A DNA stretch of 41,882 bases, from positions 14,887,545 through 14,929,426 of the forward strand of contig NC_069008.1 of the NCBI RefSeq assembly GCF_001194135.2. Reading direction: 5' to 3'. Positions 35,400 to 41,882 of this stretch are shown here, piece by piece. The notes below the pieces were generated by a model, which made no database searches, was not told the DNA's origin, and worked only from the letters and a program-made list of their open reading frames with translations. The translations under genes were made by a program, and so were the position numbers. This stretch comes from Octopus bimaculoides. Lineage: Eukaryota. Position 1 is the stretch's first letter. Every line of letters begins with the position of its first letter.

Positions 35400-35469
<70 letters not shown>
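35399..35469. repeat. (GTA)n microsatellite
   Basis: Directly visible. Confidence 0.95.
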
Positions 35470-35699
35470 TTCTAGCTCTTGCATAAGACAAGAAGTATTG
35501 ACGTGGGCAGTTAATTAAATATTGTCAGTACTAGAATAATATGAAGTAGCGAAGAAAGTCTCGCTGCATTTTTGACACGATTATTTGAGGGTTCTTATTA
35601 AAAACTGGAGGAACAACAGTATTGATTTTTATATTCTAATGTTTTTTTCTTTAATTGCGGAATACTTTATGCCATACTGGTTAAGTTTGTATCGATTAT

Positions 35700-36660
35700 A
35701 CTCTTTTGAAATGAGTTTGGGTCAGGCTCGTATGCGACACTTTATGTTGCATGAATTCAAAACTGGCTGTGGTGAACGAGAGTCTTATACACTCACTGCT
35801 TCTAAGCTTATCTAGAAAGTTGCCCTTTGTTCGTCATTGAGGAGTAGACTTGCTGCCGAACATTTCCTTACTAGAATCATGACAACAACAATAGCTAGCC
35901 CCTAAATGAAAAAAGTAAATTCATCCTAAAAGAGGCCTACACTTGCAAACGGTTATGCTCTGTGTTATAGTTCGATTGAAGCATTGTAGTATAGAAGCAG
36001 AATGATGAGCGAAAAGAGAAATGAGGAAAGCTTCTAACATGTAGAGAGGGAAGTTAAAGAACCTTTCAATATTTCAGGCGCAGAAGCCCAACTTTCCTCA
36101 TTTCTCTTTTCATTTATTATTCTAGTTATGCACTGTGCTTGGTACCATATGAGGGGCATCCTCTGTCATGATATGCTAAGCGAAAACAAAACAGTTTGTT
36201 ACTATAAAAGAAGTGTTTATGTCAGTTGAAAACATTACAGAAAAGCGTCTTTCATTGGTCAGCCGTAAGGTTTGATGCTCATACGCGATGATGAAAGATC
36301 GTATATTGCCTAAGTCTCACAGGAAATTATTACAGAGCTACATATGGAGGTTTTGTCTCACTCTCGTCATTCCCCTGATTCCGCTCCATCTGATTACCAC
36401 CTTTTCAGATCATTGCAACATTATTTAGAGAGGAAACAATTTACCAAATATGATAAGGTCACGATTAATATTGAGTATTTCTTTCCTTCGAAACATGAAT
36501 TTTGAATCCTGGTGATCAACAATTTACCAGATAGATGAGATTATATCATTGATAATTAAAGGAAATATTATGTTGATTAAATATATCAATTAAGATCAAT
36601 GAAGTATTTGTTTCGTCGCCATCTTGAAATGGCACAAGACTTGCTTTCCAATTCTTTATT
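35700..36660 (+). mobile_element. Decayed mariner transposase in intron 4
   Basis: MRHFMLHEFKTG N-terminus and HSPDSAPSDYHLFRSLQHYL (YSPDLAPSDYHLF motif). Confidence 0.75.
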
Positions 36661-36881
36661 GATATCGGGAGAATGAAATTTCTTAATGGGGTCGGCTGGA
36701 GTTCAGCTCACAGCGTAAATAAGCGGAAAATCGCGACGTATTTTGATTGATACACAAAAGAATATTTCAATCAAGCGATCTTAGTAGCAGTATTAATGAT
36801 ATTTATTATTACCGATATTACTGTTGTTATATTAGCTGTTACTATTGTTGTAATTGCTGCTGCTTCGTATGTTATTCCCAG

Positions 36882-36934
36882 GATATGCAGAAGGTGATTC
36901 CATGGCCATCTTCATCCGCTTGAAATCTAATTAA
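36882..36934 (+). CDS. Coding exon 5 (terminal)
   Basis: gttattcccAG|GA YAEGDSMAIFIRLKSN TAA. Confidence 0.85.
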
Positions 36935-37016
36935 CCAATCGAAAAATCTCCTGTTGTTGACGTCCATCTATACAAGATGACCACCACCACTGACCTAGTG
37001 TCAAATATTACAAGTT

Positions 37017-37022
37017 AATAAA
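37017..37022 (+). terminator. Candidate polyadenylation signal AATAAA
   Basis: First AATAAA after the stop codon (about 80 nt downstream). Confidence 0.55.
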
Positions 37023-37345
37023 AACCTCACAATAATCATTCTAACGTTGGTCTTATTCTGTGATTCTCTTCCTCTTGAGAAAGACAGAGCGTTCATTCTT
37101 TTTGTCGTACATTCAAGTATATCTGTACTATTGTACATTCATGTCTGTGTGTGTGTATGATATCGTCAATTAACCGTGATACATCATTATTTCAAGTTTC
37201 GTTCACTACACTAAATCATTTCCAAGTCTAGCCAGATCATATATGCGCCTCCCTAGTTTTCTCGCCTACTTTAACCATTAGCCATTTTCTCGCCTTTCCG
37301 AGATTTATGTCTGACTAGCTTCAAAGCCACCTGGTAGAACAACTT

Positions 37346-37513
37346 TTAAGCTATCTCCTGTGGAGAGTTCTTCATTAGGCCTTGGGCGCAACAATGACAC
37401 TTCCCGCATTGAGTACATTTTAATTTTATTAAACTTGAACAATATTTTTCAAGCAATGAACAATTTTCATCAAAACAATGATATAATTTATCGACTTGGA
37501 ACTTATTGCAAAA
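37346..37513 (-). CDS. Possible Cys-rich terminal exon of a convergent gene
   Basis: tgttgtttatcatgcAG|FCNKF...CTQCGKCHCC...PQEIA*; 9 Cys in 55 aa. No upstream exon found. Confidence 0.25.
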   Translation of the reverse strand, partial: FCNKFQVDKLYHCFDENCSLLEKYCSSLIKLKCTQCGKCHCCAQGLMKNSPQEIA

Positions 37514-38190
37514 CTGCATGATAAACAACAGTACCACCACCATCGCCACCACATCTGCCATACACACACCATTCAGCTTTTTGTGGTGGTAATGGAGTGA
37601 TAGTAATAGTATGAGCTGTAGTTGGATAAAAGCAGAGGCTGCGGTGACGATGGTAGTGGTGGTAGCCAGGCGGTTAGGGATGATGGTGAGAGTAAGCGAT
37701 GTGAAAGACGGTGGTGAAGGTGGTGGAGGGAAAGGCGGCGAAGTCAAAGGTATTGATGGTGGTGGCGTCTGAAGTATGAATGGTGTGTGTATGGCAGATG
37801 TGGTAGCGATGATGGTGGTGGTACTAAGAAAGTGAATTCAGTGTTCAGTCCCTCTTTCTCTCACATACCCACTCATTCTCCCTCTCTTATTATTACTCCC
37901 ACTGACACCATCAGCACTACTACTTTTAATAAAACATCGTCAACAGTAGAAGTGTCATTGACGAGTGAGAGAGGGGGTCAAAGTGTGACACTGACACACA
38001 GAAATTAGTTTTCGCATTTATTATATTAGATGAATCCTTAAGATTTATTGAAATGAAGCTTGACTTAACGATTCACTATTTATAACGAACAACATTAAAT
38101 ATATAAATTTACCTGAGTTCATACACACACACACACACACACAGAGGAAGTATGAGAGTAAACAAGGAATGCAAAGTCAGAAGTAAATCA

Positions 38191-38595
38191 TCCAGCAGCG
38201 GTGGCGGCATTACTAAATATTTATGTCTGCCTTTTTGAACTTCGTCAGCAGCAAGTATCCCCTGGAACTTCATGATAAAGAAATAAACGCTACTGGTATA
38301 TTTCTGTGTATTTTTAACGCTATACATCTATAAGAGATGCTATCCCGAAACGAATGTTATAGTTCATCAGGCTTCTAACGAGTATGATAGAGAGATTGCT
38401 ATTTCAAACTAATACTTCTGTCGCTCATAATGAATTTATATTCAGCCTCCTGGTTGACGCGATATCAATGATTTTTCAGTTACTCTTTTACTATACCTGT
38501 AGTGGTCGATTTTGTCTTTAGTAAGTGGTTGTTCAAGTAAGACGCAGTGCAAGAGTCAGAAATGCGAGTTTAGCAATGGTACCACCGCTGCTGGA
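38191..38595. mobile_element. Possible MITE
   Basis: ~27-bp imperfect inverted termini (tccagcagcggtgg...catt.ctaaa). No TSD identified. Confidence 0.45.
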
Positions 38596-38704
38596 AGATC
38601 TCCGTGTGACATTTTTGTTTTTTCACACTGTGCATCTATATCAGATATTTCGAGATAAATAGGGCAGTTAATTAGGGTTCTAACGAGGTATCTACTTTAA
38701 GTAT

Positions 38705-38742
<38 letters not shown>

Positions 38743-39931
38743 NNNNNNNNNNNNNNNNNNNNNNNNNNNNNNNNNNNNNNNNNNNNNNNNNNNNNNNNNN
38801 NNNNNNNNNNNNNNNNNNNNNNNNNNNNNNNNNNNNNNNNNNNNNNNNNNNNNNNNNNNNNNNNNNNNNNNNNNNNNNNNNNNNNNNNNNNNNNNNNNNN
38901 NNNNNNNNNNNNNNNNNNNNNNNNNNNNNNNNNNNNNNNNNNNNNNNNNNNNNNNNNNNNNNNNNNNNNNNNNNNNNNNNNNNNNNNNNNNNNNNNNNNN
39001 NNNNNNNNNNNNNNNNNNNNNNNNNNNNNNNNNNNNNNNNNNNNNNNNNNNNNNNNNNNNNNNNNNNNNNNNNNNNNNNNNNNNNNNNNNNNNNNNNNNN
39101 NNNNNNNNNNNNNNNNNNNNNNNNNNNNNNNNNNNNNNNNNNNNNNNNNNNNNNNNNNNNNNNNNNNNNNNNNNNNNNNNNNNNNNNNNNNNNNNNNNNN
39201 NNNNNNNNNNNNNNNNNNNNNNNNNNNNNNNNNNNNNNNNNNNNNNNNNNNNNNNNNNNNNNNNNNNNNNNNNNNNNNNNNNNNNNNNNNNNNNNNNNNN
39301 NNNNNNNNNNNNNNNNNNNNNNNNNNNNNNNNNNNNNNNNNNNNNNNNNNNNNNNNNNNNNNNNNNNNNNNNNNNNNNNNNNNNNNNNNNNNNNNNNNNN
39401 NNNNNNNNNNNNNNNNNNNNNNNNNNNNNNNNNNNNNNNNNNNNNNNNNNNNNNNNNNNNNNNNNNNNNNNNNNNNNNNNNNNNNNNNNNNNNNNNNNNN
39501 NNNNNNNNNNNNNNNNNNNNNNNNNNNNNNNNNNNNNNNNNNNNNNNNNNNNNNNNNNNNNNNNNNNNNNNNNNNNNNNNNNNNNNNNNNNNNNNNNNNN
39601 NNNNNNNNNNNNNNNNNNNNNNNNNNNNNNNNNNNNNNNNNNNNNNNNNNNNNNNNNNNNNNNNNNNNNNNNNNNNNNNNNNNNNNNNNNNNNNNNNNNN
39701 NNNNNNNNNNNNNTATATATATGTATATATAGAAAGAGAGAGAGAGAGAGAGAGAGAAATACGGATGAGAGACAAAAGACTGGTTACTAGTAAGCTTCAG
39801 TTGTTTTACACTCCCCCAGTAGATAATCCGTTACATTGTGCCAATGTTTCAATATGTGTAGCTGCGTTAGTTGTAGTCCGCTCTCTGTGTGATGCTTTGG
39901 GACGACGAAAGTTGGGTGCAGTGATCTAGGT

Positions 39932-40796
39932 CAGTGCTACTCAAAGTGGGGGTCTGCAGACCGGTGCCTGTTCGCGAGCCATCAGCGGCCGGTACGCAGC
40001 AAGTTTCCAGAACAGAAATAAATAACATAATTTCAGTAATTTCGTCTTATGCACTGCAGTAAACAACTTATCAGCTTATGTAATATTGTATTATTTGTTT
40101 ACAAAATAAATATAAGATAAAAAAATTGTCAACTTTTATTATATTCATTATATATAGATCCACTTGGATTTTAAATGTTCCCACAATTATAATATGTCTA
40201 TTCTACTGTAATCTTTTNNNNNNNNNNTATATATATATATATTAATATTTATTGTCAAAGTAAAGTGGCAATTCAGAAAAATAAGACGAATGTTGATGCT
40301 GAGTAGCTCCGAGAGGCGACCGTCTCTAGCTAGCTGTATGACGCACAGATCTGCTTCCATAACACTTTCGCAAAGGGGAGGTCATCAACTTCCTCTTGCT
40401 GGCCTGGTAGTTTCCCCTTATCAATGTGGAGCATTGGTAAGGGGAGACTACCCTGAAACCGGTCTGTGACTGTCAAGCAAGCAAGGGAAAGTTGATGACC
40501 TCCCCTGTTCAAAAGTATTATGGACGCAGATTAGCGCGTCATATAGCTAGCTAGAGGTAATCACCTCTCGGAGCTAATCAGCACCAGCATTCGTCCTGTT
40601 TCTCTGGACTGCCACGTTAGATTGGCCATAAATATTGATACCCAATACTGCTGCTGTATCTCTCCTTTATAGAGATTTAGAAATTAGAACATTTCTATTA
40701 TATAACTTGATAATACTAAGAAATATTACCGGTCCATGGCACATTAGTAAAAAAAAAACTGCCGGTACGCCACATCAGACAGTTTGAGAAGCTCTG
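39932..40796. mobile_element. Non-autonomous hAT (Charlie-like) element
   Basis: TIRs CAGTGCTACTCAAA / TTTGAGAAGCTCTG. Perfect 8-bp TSD ATCTAGGT at 39924-39931 and 40797-40804. Confidence 0.92.
40241..40640. mobile_element. Foldback element nested inside the hAT
   Basis: ~165-bp inverted arms (roughly 80% identical by eye) around a 21-bp stem-loop at 40406-40452. Confidence 0.8.
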
Positions 40797-40837
40797 ATCT
40801 AGGTGACAATAAATTCTCCTATCTATCTATCTATCTA

Positions 40838-40869
<32 letters not shown>

Positions 40870-41581
40870 AATAATATGTGAGTATATGCATATATACGTA
40901 CAAGTATGTACATGCCTACATCTACATGTATATATAGATGCATATCTGGGTACAGGACGTTGCAACAAAACGTAGACAAAATGAGAAACAGAACACAAAC
41001 AGAGTACAGAAAACACACAAGCCACATAGAGAACATTTTCTTATATAAGTATTCAAATATGCTTTTAATAATAAAGGGTAAAATCAATAATTTTACCAGG
41101 TAGCCAGTGCGGAAATAAGAACCTTTTAGGTAAATTTTACAAATTATTTTATAATTATATACATAATTATAACAAGGAGTCAGCTTCATGCCTCACCACG
41201 CACCGTTAGAAATAGACGCTAAGGTCTTTTTTACTACCTTAAAATTTTAGAGAAGATTTATTGTAGGCAAGCAAAAGAAAAATAATGAATCAGCAAGGCC
41301 GGTCACCCATGGACGCGTTTCGAACTTAAAGTAAGAAATAATTTTACTTGGTGTTACTCTTCAGCATAGTACTTCGTATAAGTTCGCGAGTATTTCAAAA
41401 TATGCACGTGATCAGCGTCTTCGTATGTCCGATATCTATACTGCCGTGTATCATTCATATCCTTCTTTTATACCCACGTGTGTGTTAAAATTTAGACTGC
41501 AGTAAATGCAGTTTCGATTATAGAGTGAATTTATTCAAAAATTATTTTAATAATATTTTTATTTCATTTACTAATTTTCCC

Positions 41582-41641
41582 CCTTCTTCTTCTTCTTCTT
41601 CTCCTTCTTCTTCTTCTTCTCCTTCTCCTTCTTCTTCTTCT
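41582..41641. repeat. (CTT)n-type microsatellite
   Basis: Directly visible. Confidence 0.95.
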
Positions 41642-41882
41642 TCACATACTTTTGTATTTTTTAAATATATTTTCCCTTTTTGTGAATGTATTTTTTTTGT
41701 GTGTATACACGTAAGAAAACTTCTTTGCTATTTAAGCAACTAGTAAAACATACAATTTTCAGTAACGGCTATTTGAACCTTGAAACTCATACCAGAGTCA
41801 CTCACTGTAAACGTTATTATTAAAATTAAAATTATCCCCCAAAAGCCATCTCTACTAATTTTTTCAGATGTATAATACTGTA

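Overview
AT-rich, microsatellite- and TE-dense animal genomic DNA with many N gaps. The SINE/LINE repertoire and TTAGGG repeats suggest an octopod cephalopod (inferred from recalled repeat families, not searched). Main contents: (1) A complete five-coding-exon + strand gene (26086-36934) that splices in frame by hand to a 296-aa secreted protein: signal peptide, degenerate PAN/Apple-like module, then a W/C-patterned domain I cannot name. (2) Two in-frame minus-strand exons (4103-3977, 584-312) of an unidentified gene. (3) A decayed full-length Ty3/Gypsy LTR element (9794-14236) whose gag is split by a 608-bp foldback element (39-bp perfect TIRs, AAAC TSD, inverted telomeric-repeat core). (4) A ~600-bp foldback at 23.7-24.3 kb carrying two identical, oppositely oriented, apparently complete type I hammerhead ribozymes, each with two alternative catalytic cores. 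This is the most interesting signal. (5) A 14.7-22.8 kb mosaic of duplicated promoter/5'UTR-like modules in both orientations. (6) Tx1-like, RTE, R4/Dong-like and CR1/Jockey-like LINE remnants, Tc1/mariner and hAT elements, and many SINEs. All alignments and counts were done by eye; TE and SINE edges are approximate unless TIR/TSD are stated.
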